Assembly: GCA_040901985.1 (NCBI GenBank)
Contig: JBBDYC010000007.1
Coordinates: 1 to 64,000 of the forward strand
Direction of reading: 5' to 3'
Length of the DNA stretch: 64,000 nucleotides
DNA from: Gemmatimonadaceae bacterium
GTDB taxonomy: Bacteria; Gemmatimonadota; Gemmatimonadetes; Gemmatimonadales; Gemmatimonadaceae
Below are positions 22,055 to 31,811 of this stretch, in pieces. Under the pieces are notes generated by a model that searched no databases, was not told the origin of the DNA, and saw only the letters and a list, made by a program, of their open reading frames with translations. Both the position numbers and the translations under genes were made by a program. Every line of letters begins with the position of its first letter. The stretch's first letter is position 1.

Positions 22055-22087
22055 CACCTCCCACCTCCCGCCTCCCGCCTCCCGCCT
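22055..22087 (+). repeat. Heptamer tandem repeat C(A/G)CCTCC, ~4.7 copies
   Basis: cacctcc cacctcc cgcctcc cgcctcc cgcct. Confidence 0.85.
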
Positions 22088-22088
22088 G

Positions 22089-23279
22089 GTGTCCGACCCC
22101 CTCCTTCGTTACCGCGCCGAATTCCCGATGATCGAGCGGAGCACCTATCTGGTCTCCCACTCGTTGGGGGCGATGCCGCGCGCGGTGCCGGCGCGACTCG
22201 CCGAGTACGCCGGGGCCTGGGCGTCGGACGGGGTCCGGGCCTGGGCCGAGGGATGGTGGGAGATGCCGCTCACGGTAGGCGACGTCGTCGCCCCGCTGCT
22301 CGGCGCCGACCGGGGCGAGGTCGCGATGGCCCCCACGGTCACCATCGCCCAGTGCGCGATCCTCTCGGCGATGGACTTCCGGAGCGGGCGCGACACCGTG
22401 GTGATGACCGAGCTCGACTTCCCCAGCGTGCGCTACGCTCTCGAGGCGCTGGCGCCCAAGCTGGGTGCGCGCGTGGTCGTCGTCCCGAGCGACGACGGGA
22501 TCGGAATTGACCAGGAGCGCCTCCACGCGGCGATTGACGCCCGCACCGCGCTCGTCTCCGTCTCGCACGTGCTCTTCCGCTCGGCCTACATCCTCGACGC
22601 CGATGCGCTCTGCGCGCACGCCCACGGCGTTGGGGCGGTCGTTGCGCTCGACGCCTATCACTCGGTGGGCGTGATCCCGGTGGACGTGAAGCGCTCCGGC
22701 GTGGACTTCCTCACCGGGGGCGTGCTCAAGTGGCTCTGTGGCGGCCCCGGCGGCTGCTTCCTCTACGCGTCGCCGGCGGCGAGCGCGCGCTTCGCCCCGG
22801 CGCTCACCGGCTGGCAGGCGCACGCGCGGCCGTTCGCCTTCGACGGCGCGATGGCGTACGCCGACGGCGCCCGCCGCTGGCTCGGCGGGACGCCGGTGGT
22901 GCCCGCGCTCTACGCGGCGCTCGAGGGGCCGCGACTGCTGCACGAGGCGGGGATCGCGGCCATCCGCGCCAAGAGCGAGCGCCAGACCGCGCGGTTGATT
23001 GCGCTCGCCGACGCCCACGGCTACCGGGTCCACGCGCCGCGGGCGGCGGCGCGCCGCGGCGGCACGGTGGCCTTCGACGTCCCGCACGGCGCCGAGGTGG
23101 CGCAGGCGCTCCTCGCGCGCAACGTAGTGATTGACTACCGCCCCGGCGCCGGAATCCGCGTCGCGCCCCACTTCTACACGACGGACGCCGAGGTCGAGCT
23201 CGTCGTGCAGGAGATCGCCGACATCCTCGCGACGGGCGCGTGGAAGCCGTTCGCGGGTTCCACGCCACGGGTCACCTGA
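22089..23279 (+). CDS. kynU: Kynureninase-like PLP enzyme (aminotransferase class V)
   Basis: YLVSHSLGAMP, DAYHSVG, GGVLKWLCGGPG. Confidence 0.75.
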   Translation: MSDPLLRYRAEFPMIERSTYLVSHSLGAMPRAVPARLAEYAGAWASDGVRAWAEGWWEMPLTVGDVVAPLLGADRGEVAMAPTVTIAQCAILSAMDFRSGRDTVVMTELDFPSVRYALEALAPKLGARVVVVPSDDGIGIDQERLHAAIDARTALVSVSHVLFRSAYILDADALCAHAHGVGAVVALDAYHSVGVIPVDVKRSGVDFLTGGVLKWLCGGPGGCFLYASPAASARFAPALTGWQAHARPFAFDGAMAYADGARRWLGGTPVVPALYAALEGPRLLHEAGIAAIRAKSERQTARLIALADAHGYRVHAPRAAARRGGTVAFDVPHGAEVAQALLARNVVIDYRPGAGIRVAPHFYTTDAEVELVVQEIADILATGAWKPFAGSTPRVT

Positions 23280-23350
23280 CCCTTTCGCGTGCGCGGGTGC
23301 CCGCATAGCTTCGCACCTATCGCCCCCGACCAGCCCCGAACCCTGCGCCG

Positions 23351-23578
23351 ATGCCAACGCCCGCGAAGAAGCTCCGCAAGCAGTACCTGAACAGCGACCT
23401 CCCGGTCGCCGTCCTGCGGTTCGAGGATGGGCACGAGATCTCGATCAAGCGCGGCACGGGGAAGACCTTCGACTGCTACGCGGGCGAGAACATCAAGATT
23501 CTCGCGGTCTTCGACCCCGAGGCGCGGGAGCGCGACCTGGTGGAGACGCGCCGCGCCGACGACTTCGACGACGCTTGA
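23351..23578 (+). CDS. Small hypothetical protein
   Basis: 75 aa, host-like codon usage, fills the intergenic gap. Confidence 0.7.
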   Translation: MPTPAKKLRKQYLNSDLPVAVLRFEDGHEISIKRGTGKTFDCYAGENIKILAVFDPEARERDLVETRRADDFDDA

Positions 23579-23596
23579 CGCGTCGCCCGGGCGCCG

Positions 23597-25438
23597 TCAG
23601 GACGGCAGCTCGACCAGGAGTCGGACGGCCGTCGCGAAGGCCGTGGCGGTGAAGGGCTTGGCGATCATCGCGTCCTGAGGACCTAGCGCCCCGGTGCCCG
23701 CGCCACCCGCGCTCGACATATAGAGCACCTTCAGCGCCGGCTGCAGCGATCGGCTGTGGCGCGCCAGCTCGCGCCCGGTCAGTTCGGGGAGCACCATCCC
23801 GGCGACGAGCAACGTCACCCGCGTCGTCTCGACGATCCGCCGCACACCCTCCGCCGAGTCGGTCAGCAACACCTCAAATCCCTCGTGCTCGAGGACGCGG
23901 CGGACCATCGCCCGCAGTTTCTCGTCGGTCTCGACGACGAGGGCGCGCATCGTGCCGCCCGACGGCGGTTCGGAGATGGACGCCGACGTCGCCAGCCGCG
24001 GCAGTCGCCGCCGGTCGGTCTCCGGCGCTGCAGACACCGGGAGGTAGAGCGTCGCCAGCGCGCCACGCGTGGGGGCGTTGGTCAGCGCGACGCCGCCGCC
24101 GGCGCGCTGGGCGGCCGACTGGGCGCGCGCGAGCCCGAGGCCGACGTGCAGGGCCGGATCCTTCGTCGTGAAGAACGGCTCGAACGCCCGCGTCAGCGCG
24201 AGGCCGCTGACCCCGGGCCCGCTGTCCTGGATCTCGACGACGACGTACCGACCCGCGGGGACGGAGGCCGCCGCGTCGGCGCCCGCGTGATCCAGCGACC
24301 GAACGTACGAGCGCACCGTGATGGCCCCGCCAGTGCGACTGGCCTCGACGGCATTCCGGACGAGCAGATCCACGATCTCGCGCATCCCGTCGGCGGCGAT
24401 CGCGACGCGCGCGTCCTCGGCGCCGAGGTGGACGTGCACGCGCATCGCGCCGCGCACCTCGCGCTCGAGGTCCTCGACCGCCCCCTGCAGGACCTCGTCT
24501 GCCACCGCGATGCCGCTGCCCCCGCGCGCGGGCCGTTCCCCGAGCGACGCGAGTTGGGCGCCGAGGGCGCTGCCGCGTCGCGTCGCCTCGAGGAGCGCGT
24601 GCGCCCGCCCCGCCACCCGGACGTCGCCCGACTGGACAAGCGCCTCGGCGTTCGAGGCAATCAGTCCCAGCGTCTGCTCGATGTCGCGCGCCACGCCCCG
24701 CGCGATCCGGCCGATCGCCTCGAGACGCTGCGCCCGCTCGAACTGCCGTTCCAGCGCCCGTTGGCCGGTCAGGTCCGCGGCGATCTCAACGAGCGCGGTC
24801 ACCGTGCCGTCGAGCGCCCGGATCGGCGCGATGGCGCAGCCCATCTCGAGCAGCGAGCCGTCGCGCCGTTGGCGCAACGAGGCCTGGTCCACGAACGGCT
24901 GCCCAGACTCCACGACCTCGTGCAGGAGGGCGAGGTCGTCCACCGTGGCCGGCAAGGCGGGATGCCGTTTGCCGCGGACCTCCGCCGCCGTCCAGCCGTA
25001 GATGCGCTCGGCGAGGGCGTTCCAGTCGAGCACCCGCATCTGGCGGTCGAGCGTGACGATGGCCACCGGGCTCGCCTCGAGCACGGCCCGCGCCCACGCC
25101 TCGCGTTCGGTGAGCATCTGCTGGGCGCGCGGGCGCTCGCGCAGGTCGCGCGCGATCATCGCCAGCTGCGGCGGGGACGTCCCGCGGAGCAACCAGACCT
25201 TCCCCTCGAGCGGGACCCAGGCGCCGTCGCGCGCGCGCACGCGGGCGTCCATCACCGGGACCTCGTTCCGTCCCTCGTACTCGGCGCCGATCGCCAGCGC
25301 CGCCCCGTCGCGGTCCTCGGGGTGGAGGTACTCGAGGATGGACGTGCCCAGCACCTCCTCGGCGGAATAGCCGAGGACCCGCCGGACCGCCGGGTTGACG
25401 TAGGCAATCGTCCCCCGTTCGCCGAGGACGGCGACCAA
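23597..25438 (-). CDS. PAS-PAS-HisKA-HATPase-REC hybrid kinase-like protein with degenerate phosphoacceptors; true start likely further upstream
   Basis: Two PAS domains, RNAVEA, DSGPG, FEPFFTTK, GLGLA, C-terminal REC with KPF. Confidence 0.85.
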   Translation of the reverse strand: MVAVLGERGTIAYVNPAVRRVLGYSAEEVLGTSILEYLHPEDRDGAALAIGAEYEGRNEVPVMDARVRARDGAWVPLEGKVWLLRGTSPPQLAMIARDLRERPRAQQMLTEREAWARAVLEASPVAIVTLDRQMRVLDWNALAERIYGWTAAEVRGKRHPALPATVDDLALLHEVVESGQPFVDQASLRQRRDGSLLEMGCAIAPIRALDGTVTALVEIAADLTGQRALERQFERAQRLEAIGRIARGVARDIEQTLGLIASNAEALVQSGDVRVAGRAHALLEATRRGSALGAQLASLGERPARGGSGIAVADEVLQGAVEDLEREVRGAMRVHVHLGAEDARVAIAADGMREIVDLLVRNAVEASRTGGAITVRSYVRSLDHAGADAAASVPAGRYVVVEIQDSGPGVSGLALTRAFEPFFTTKDPALHVGLGLARAQSAAQRAGGGVALTNAPTRGALATLYLPVSAAPETDRRRLPRLATSASISEPPSGGTMRALVVETDEKLRAMVRRVLEHEGFEVLLTDSAEGVRRIVETTRVTLLVAGMVLPELTGRELARHSRSLQPALKVLYMSSAGGAGTGALGPQDAMIAKPFTATAFATAVRLLVELPS

Positions 25439-25694
25439 GTCGGACGACGCCTCGACGATGGCTTGGAAGAAGCCGTCGCCTTGATTTGCGGGAACGTGTG
25501 GGACCGGGACCGACCGGGGCTTGGAGGCATTGAAAATTGGTCGCTTGAGTCGCGTTGGAACAGTGGCAAGTCGGGACCGTGACCCTGGTCACCGCCCAGC
25601 CTCCTGGCTCCGACGCCGTCGAAACCGTTGATGGCAGGGCGTCCCCGATGGTAGTTTTGGCCTCACTCCCTTCGCGCCGGAGGCAACCCGCCCG

Positions 25695-26810
25695 ATGCCC
25701 TCTCCGTTCCTGAGTTCCGAGGAGTACGACGAGCGCGCGCATCAGCTGTACAACGAGGGGAACTACGAGGACGCGCTGACGATGCTGCGCGAGGGCCTCG
25801 GTCTCTACCCGAACGCGGTCGAGCTGCACGTCGGCGTCGGGTACGCCCGGATGGCCCGCGACGAGTTCGCGTGGGCGCGACGGTCGTTCGAGGAGGCGCT
25901 CGTCCTCGACCCGGAACACGAGGACGCGCTCGCCGGACTCGGCGAGGTTCTGCTCCGGTTCGGCCAGACCGCGGCCGCCGTCAAGGCGTTCCGGCGGATC
26001 CTCGAGCTGGGCTATGCCGACGACGTCGAGTTGATGCTGCAGGTGGGGCGCGCGCTCTTCCGCGAGGGCCTGATGGCGGAGGCGAAAGAGTACTTCGAGG
26101 TCGCGGTGCGGCAGACGCCGGAGAACGCCGAGGCGATTGCGATGGTCGGCTACACGCAGCACCGGCTCAACGACGAGGCGGGGGCCGCCGAGACGCTGCG
26201 CCGCGCAATCCAGCTCGACCCCGAGCACAGCGAGGCGCGGATCTACCTCGGGAACCTCCTCTACGACCGCGGCGAGTACGAAGGGGCGCTCTTCCAGCTG
26301 GACCGGACGCGGCCGGAGGATCACTGGGACGAACTCGGGATCTGGCGGCTGCTCGAGCTCAAGAAGTCGCACCTTCGGTTGCGCGATGACGACCCATCGC
26401 TGCGGATCTGGGAGGAACGGCTGACCGAGCTCGCGCCGGCGCCCGACGCCCTCGACGAACTCCTTGGCGAGATCGAGCAGCGGGCGGCGGAACAGGAGCA
26501 GGAGGCGGCGCGGTCGCAGCTGGAACTCTTCGGGGCCCTGCTCAACGACCTCACCGGGCAGAAGGTCGTTCCCGAGCGGCACCGCGTGGTCGGACGGGAC
26601 GGCCGGCCGTACGAGGGCACCTGGGCGGAGATCGTCACGGCAATGCGCGACGCGGCGACCGCCGGGGGGCGGACCCGGACAATCGAGGAGTTCATGCAGG
26701 GCGAGGCGCGGCGCGGCCTCGCCCTCACCGGCGTGCTGATCCCGACCCGTGACGCCGAGAGCTTCCTGCGCGCGAGCGCGGACGCCGGGCTCCTGCGGAT
26801 CGTCCACTGA
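25695..26810 (+). CDS. Tetratricopeptide repeat protein
   Basis: Repeated A...F..AL.LDP TPR units. Confidence 0.85.
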   Translation: MPSPFLSSEEYDERAHQLYNEGNYEDALTMLREGLGLYPNAVELHVGVGYARMARDEFAWARRSFEEALVLDPEHEDALAGLGEVLLRFGQTAAAVKAFRRILELGYADDVELMLQVGRALFREGLMAEAKEYFEVAVRQTPENAEAIAMVGYTQHRLNDEAGAAETLRRAIQLDPEHSEARIYLGNLLYDRGEYEGALFQLDRTRPEDHWDELGIWRLLELKKSHLRLRDDDPSLRIWEERLTELAPAPDALDELLGEIEQRAAEQEQEAARSQLELFGALLNDLTGQKVVPERHRVVGRDGRPYEGTWAEIVTAMRDAATAGGRTRTIEEFMQGEARRGLALTGVLIPTRDAESFLRASADAGLLRIVH

Positions 26811-27706
26811 TCGCACTGCGCGGAGTCGGAAAGACCTACCGTTCGCCCTTCAGCGCGCCGGTGCGCGCGGTGTCGGACGTGACGCTCGACATCGCGCAGG
26901 GAGAGGTGCTGGGGATCGCCGGCCCGAACGGGGCGGGGAAGAGCACGCTGATTGCCCTGCTGCTCGGCTTCCTGGTCCCCGACGAGGGTGAGGCGACGAT
27001 TGACGGCCTGGCGCCGCGCGCGTACGTGGAGCGCGACGGCGTCTGCTACCTCCCGGAGCTGATGACGCTCCCCCTCGGCTGGCGCGCCGACGAGGCGCTC
27101 GCGCGCCTGGCCGCGCTCGCCGGGATTCCGGCGAGCGCGCGGGCCGGCGCCTGCGAACGGGTGATCGAGGCGGTCGGGATTGCGGAGCACCGCCGCAAGA
27201 AACTGAAGGCCCTCTCCAAGGGGAATCTGCAGCGGCTTGGCCTCGCCCAGGCGCTCCTTGCCGACCGCCGCGTGGTGATCTTCGACGAGCCGACGCACGG
27301 CCTCGACCCGCTCTGGACCGCGCGCTTCCGCGACATCGTCGCCGGCCTCCGCCGGCCCGACCGCACGCTCGTCATCGCCTCGCACAACCTCGACGAGCTC
27401 GAACGCCTCTGCGACCGCGTGGCGATCATTGACAAGGGGCAGATCCAGCGCGTGGTGACCGTGCGCGATGCCGGCGCGGTCGGGGCGTCGCGCCGCTGGC
27501 GGCTCCGCGCGGCGATGGGCCTCGACGCCCTCGCCGCACAGTTCCCCGGCGCGGTGGCCAATGGCGAGGCGATCGAATGCAGCGCCGATGTCGCCGCGCT
27601 CAACCGCGGCATCGCCGCGGCGATTGCGCAGGGTGCGCTCATCACGGCCGTGGCGCCGGCGGAGTCGTCGCTCGAAGAGGCCTTCCGCACGGCGGTGACC
27701 CGATGA
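26807..27706 (+). CDS. ABC transporter ATP-binding protein (probable CTG start)
   Basis: GPNGAGKST, LSKGN, FDEPTHGLDP; frame extends upstream as LIALRGVGKTY. Confidence 0.88.
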   Translation: MIALRGVGKTYRSPFSAPVRAVSDVTLDIAQGEVLGIAGPNGAGKSTLIALLLGFLVPDEGEATIDGLAPRAYVERDGVCYLPELMTLPLGWRADEALARLAALAGIPASARAGACERVIEAVGIAEHRRKKLKALSKGNLQRLGLAQALLADRRVVIFDEPTHGLDPLWTARFRDIVAGLRRPDRTLVIASHNLDELERLCDRVAIIDKGQIQRVVTVRDAGAVGASRRWRLRAAMGLDALAAQFPGAVANGEAIECSADVAALNRGIAAAIAQGALITAVAPAESSLEEAFRTAVTR

Positions 27707-28449
27707 GTGCCGTCGGACCGCTGGTGGCGTACCTGCCGTGGCAGGCGCGGGACTCTATGGGCCGCGCGCTCCTCGCGCCGGGCATATTCCTCCTTGCCGC
27801 CGCCGCGCCGCTCTGGGCATTCGCCGCGTCGAATTCGGGCATTCCCCTCACCGAACCCGGCCCGGCGCAGGACTTTGCGCGCAACCTGTACAACACCTTC
27901 GTCTCGATGGCGGTGGTCCTCGGCGCCGTGGTGCTGATGAACCAGGTCCACGCGCTCGACCGGGAGCGGCAGCACTTTCGCTTTCTCTTTGCGCACCAGG
28001 TCGCACCGTGGCAGTTCTACCTGCAGCGGTTCGTGGTGGCGGCCGCGCTCTTCCTCGCCGGCGTCGCCCTCATCCCGCTGGGGTTCAGCGCCCTCGTGAC
28101 CGATGTCGCGTTCCTGCCGACGATGCAGACAGCGGCGCTCTATGCGCTCCTCGTCGGCGCGCTGATGTTCCTCTGCGGCGCGCTCACGCAGCGTGACGGG
28201 CTCGCGCTGATCCTGGTGTATCTCGGGACCGCGCTCCTGCAGCAGGTTGACCGGGCGGACGGGCTGCCCGGGTGGCTCGCCCCGGTCGTCGCCGCGCTGC
28301 CGCCCTTTGCGGTCGCCGGGGACCTCCGCACCGCCTGGCTCACCGGCGGCGCGTTCGACACGGGCGACCTGCTGCACGTGGTCGCGTATTCGGTCGCCCT
28401 GCTGATTGCCGCGCTGGTGGTGATCAAGCGCTTCCCGCTCGTCCGGTGA
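27703..28449 (+). CDS. ABC-2-type permease-like membrane protein
   Basis: About 6 TM segments; ATGA overlap with the ATPase gene. Confidence 0.7.
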   Translation: MSAVGPLVAYLPWQARDSMGRALLAPGIFLLAAAAPLWAFAASNSGIPLTEPGPAQDFARNLYNTFVSMAVVLGAVVLMNQVHALDRERQHFRFLFAHQVAPWQFYLQRFVVAAALFLAGVALIPLGFSALVTDVAFLPTMQTAALYALLVGALMFLCGALTQRDGLALILVYLGTALLQQVDRADGLPGWLAPVVAALPPFAVAGDLRTAWLTGGAFDTGDLLHVVAYSVALLIAALVVIKRFPLVR

Positions 28450-31148
28450 GCCGCGCGCCGCGCCCGTTCGCCGCCCCGGTCCTCCCGGCCGCGAGCGTGC
28501 GACGAGTGCGGCTCGCCAACGGCCTGACCGTCCTCGCCCGGCGCGACACCACGGCGCCGGTGGTTGCGATCGTCACCTGGGTGCGCGCCGGCTACTTCGA
28601 CGAGCCCGACGACCAGGTCGGCATCGCCCACGTCCTCGAGCATATGTACTTCAAGGGGACGCCGACGCACGGCGTGGGCGACATCGCCCGGGCAACAAAG
28701 GCGGCCGGCGGCTACCTGAACGCCGGCACCATCTACGACCACACGCACTACTACGCCGTACTCCCGGCCTCGGGATTCCGCGCCGGGCTTGCCGTGCAGG
28801 CCGATGCCTATGCGAACTCGGTGATTGACGCCCGCGAGCTCCGCCGCGAGCTCGAGGTGATCATCGAGGAGACCAAGCGAAAGGCCGACAGCGCCGGCGC
28901 GCTCGCCCTCGAGACGCTCTTCGAGGTCCTCCACGACCGCCACCGCATCCGGCGCTGGCGGATGGGGCGCGAGGACGAGCTCCGCTCGCTCACCCGCGAC
29001 CAGCTCATCGCTTTCTACCGCGGGCGCTACCGGCCGTCCAACACAGTGCTCGCGATCGTGGGCGACGTGGATCCGGACGAGGCGATCGCCGAGGCCGAGC
29101 GGCTCTACGGCGCGATCCCCGATGCGCCGGTCGTGCGCACGCCCGGCCCCGCCGAGACCGAGCCACCGACCTTCCGGCTCCGCGAGTGGGAGGGGGACAT
29201 TGCGCAGACCGAGTTGCTCTTTGGCTGGCGCACGCCGCCGACGTTGCATCCGGACACGCCGGCGCTCGACCTCCTCGCGACCGTGCTTGCCGGCGGGCGC
29301 GCGTCGCGCCTGGTCCGCGCCACGCGTGACCGGCGCCTGGTCTCGTCCATCTCGGCCTACGACTACACGCCGACCGAGGTCGGCATCTTCGTCGTGCACG
29401 CGGCGGCGCGGCCGGAGACCGCCGCCGAGGCGGCACGCACCATCCACGACCAGCTCCGGCGCGTGCGCGACGGCGAGTTGGCCGACGACGAGGTGGATCG
29501 GGCGCGTCGCCTCGTCGAGGCGCAGTTCCTCCGCCGGCTCGAGGCCGCCGATGGCCAGGCAAACTTCCTCGGGGCGTGGGAACTGCTCGGCGACTGGGAG
29601 CGCGGCGTGGCGTACCACGGGCAGGTGCTTGCCGCCGACGCGGCGCGACTCGCCGAGGTGGCCCGCCGCTGGCTCACGCCGGACGCGGCGTCGGTGATTG
29701 CGTATCGGCCGCGCGGCGCGGCCCCCCTCGGCGCCGACGCCGCCGACGTGCGCGCGATGCTCGACGGCGCGCAGCCGGCCCCGCTCGAGCCGGCGCCGGC
29801 GCCGACCCCGCCCCACTCGCCACGCGGTCCCGGAGCCACGCGCGAGCGCGTCGTGGACGGCGTCCACGTATACCGCACGGCCGAGGGCGTGCCGATCGTC
29901 ATCCGGTCGCGTCCCGGCGCCGCCCTCGCGCACGTCGGCTGCTTCATCGCCGGCGGCGTGACGGCGGAGAGCGATCGCAACTCGGGAATCACGACGCTGA
30001 TGGCGCGCACCGCCCTCCGCGGCACGACGCGACGTTCCGCCACCCGCCTCGCGGAGGACGCCGAACGGCTCGGCGGGACGCCGCTGGCGAGCGTGGGCAC
30101 CGAGGCGCTACAGTGGACCCTCGGCGTGCCGGCCGACGCGCTCGACGGGGCGGCCGAGCTCCTCGCCGACCTGGTGCTCGAGCCGGTGTTCCCGGACGAG
30201 GGGCTCGAGGCCGAGCGTGCGGTGGCAATCGCCGCCCTCGGCACGTTGCGCGACGATATGTACCGGCAGCCAATGCGCCTCGCCGCCGAGCTCGCGTGGC
30301 CCGGCCATCCCTACGGACGGTCAACCCTCGGCTCGGAGGGCACGGTGCGCGTCATCACCGCGTCCGACCTTCGCGCCTGGCACGCCGCGCGCGTGCTGGC
30401 GTCCCCGGCGGTCCTCGCCGCGGTGGGGGACCTCGACCCCGAGGCGACCGCCGACCTGCTGGCGCGGCAGTTCGCGGCGCTGCGGCCGGCCCCGCTCGTC
30501 GTGGCGCCGCGCGTGGGTTGGCCGCGCGCCTTCGAACAGCGCGTGGACCTCCGCGACAGGGCGCAGACCGCGCTGGCGATCTTCTTCGAGGGGCCCTCGC
30601 GGGACGACCCCGCGCGGTTCGACGCCGAGCTCCTCGGCGGCGTCGCGAGCGGACTGGGCGGCCGCTTCTTCGAGGAACTGCGCGACCGCCAGTCGCTCGC
30701 CTACACCGTGCTCGCCCGCCCCTACGTGCGGCGGAGCGGTGGGACCTTTGTCGGTTACATCGCGACGTCGCCGGCCAAGGAGTCGCAGGCCCGCGACGGG
30801 CTGTTGCGCGAGTTCGCGCGGCTCGCCGAGTCGGAGGTGACCGCGGAGGAGCTGACGCGCGCGCGCACCTATGCCATCGGCAGCTGGCAGATCCGCCAGA
30901 CCTCGGGCGCGGCCGTGTTGAGCGACCTCGCCGACGCCTGGCTGCACGATGCGCTGGAGGAACTGGCGCGCTACCCCGACGACCTCGGCGCCGTCACGCC
31001 AGCGCGGATGCGCGCGGTCGCGGCGCGCTGGTTCGATCCGGCGCGGCGTCTCGAGGGGATCGTCCGCGGCGTCGAGCGCCGACCGTCAGCGGCGCCTCGC
31101 GGCGACGTGGCCGAGCGCCGCGTTGAGCCACCGCACAAGCGGCAATAA
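28446..31148 (+). CDS. M16 (pitrilysin) zinc peptidase, fused two-half form
   Basis: LANGL, HVLEH (HxxEH), LRDRQSLAY in the second half. Confidence 0.92.
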   Translation: MSRAPRPFAAPVLPAASVRRVRLANGLTVLARRDTTAPVVAIVTWVRAGYFDEPDDQVGIAHVLEHMYFKGTPTHGVGDIARATKAAGGYLNAGTIYDHTHYYAVLPASGFRAGLAVQADAYANSVIDARELRRELEVIIEETKRKADSAGALALETLFEVLHDRHRIRRWRMGREDELRSLTRDQLIAFYRGRYRPSNTVLAIVGDVDPDEAIAEAERLYGAIPDAPVVRTPGPAETEPPTFRLREWEGDIAQTELLFGWRTPPTLHPDTPALDLLATVLAGGRASRLVRATRDRRLVSSISAYDYTPTEVGIFVVHAAARPETAAEAARTIHDQLRRVRDGELADDEVDRARRLVEAQFLRRLEAADGQANFLGAWELLGDWERGVAYHGQVLAADAARLAEVARRWLTPDAASVIAYRPRGAAPLGADAADVRAMLDGAQPAPLEPAPAPTPPHSPRGPGATRERVVDGVHVYRTAEGVPIVIRSRPGAALAHVGCFIAGGVTAESDRNSGITTLMARTALRGTTRRSATRLAEDAERLGGTPLASVGTEALQWTLGVPADALDGAAELLADLVLEPVFPDEGLEAERAVAIAALGTLRDDMYRQPMRLAAELAWPGHPYGRSTLGSEGTVRVITASDLRAWHAARVLASPAVLAAVGDLDPEATADLLARQFAALRPAPLVVAPRVGWPRAFEQRVDLRDRAQTALAIFFEGPSRDDPARFDAELLGGVASGLGGRFFEELRDRQSLAYTVLARPYVRRSGGTFVGYIATSPAKESQARDGLLREFARLAESEVTAEELTRARTYAIGSWQIRQTSGAAVLSDLADAWLHDALEELARYPDDLGAVTPARMRAVAARWFDPARRLEGIVRGVERRPSAAPRGDVAERRVEPPHKRQ

Positions 31149-31811
31149 CTGCGCATAGTCCCGCATCGCCGCGTCCACGAGCCGCGGCGAGAGGGCCTCG
31201 GCGTCGGTCAGCGGGCGCGAGGCGGTAAAGGTGTTGTAGCGGAGCCAGCGGGCCGCGGGGTGGTCGGGCACGAAGCCGCGCGGCGTCCGCTTGAGGAGGG
31301 CGCCGGCGTCGTCGTCGGAGAGCTTTTCGAACCGCCGGCGGAAGGCCGGCGCAAGGACAATCCGCTCGAAGCCACGCTGGTCCTCGACGATCCGCTCGCG
31401 CAGCCGCGCCAGCGCCGGCCGGGGCGGCATCCAGTAGCCTGCGGCCACCATGGACGCGCCCGGCTCGAGGTGGAAGTAGAATCCGGCGCCGCCGTGCGCC
31501 TCCTTGCCGACCCCGCGCCCGGCGTCCCGGTGAAAGACCCACAGCGCCGCGTGCGTCTTGTATGGCGACTTGTCGTGCGAGAAGCGCACGTCGCGGTGGA
31601 TCCGGAACAGCGAGCGCCGCGGCGGCGCGATGAACTCCGGCGCCAGGCGCGCAAACCGCACGTCGAGCTCCTCGGCGAGATGCCGCAGCGGGCCGAGCAC
31701 CCATCGTTCGTACTCTGCGCGGTGCGCCTCAAACCAGGGCTTGGCGTTGTTCCGCTTGAGGCCGCGCAGGAAGGTCAGCGCCTGCGGCGCGAACCCGGGG
31801 AACGCGCTCAC
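31086..31811 (-). CDS. DUF2461 (TIGR02453) family protein
   Basis: FLRGLKRNNAKPWFEAHR, FRIHRDVRFSHDKSPYKT. Confidence 0.88.
   Translation of the reverse strand: MSAFPGFAPQALTFLRGLKRNNAKPWFEAHRAEYERWVLGPLRHLAEELDVRFARLAPEFIAPPRRSLFRIHRDVRFSHDKSPYKTHAALWVFHRDAGRGVGKEAHGGAGFYFHLEPGASMVAAGYWMPPRPALARLRERIVEDQRGFERIVLAPAFRRRFEKLSDDDAGALLKRTPRGFVPDHPAARWLRYNTFTASRPLTDAEALSPRLVDAAMRDYAQLLPLVRWLNAALGHVAARRR

Noticed and set aside
31086..31148. 63-bp convergent overlap of the M16 peptidase and DUF2461 as antisense regulation
   Set aside because: Short tail overlaps are common in GC-rich genomes and there is no further evidence
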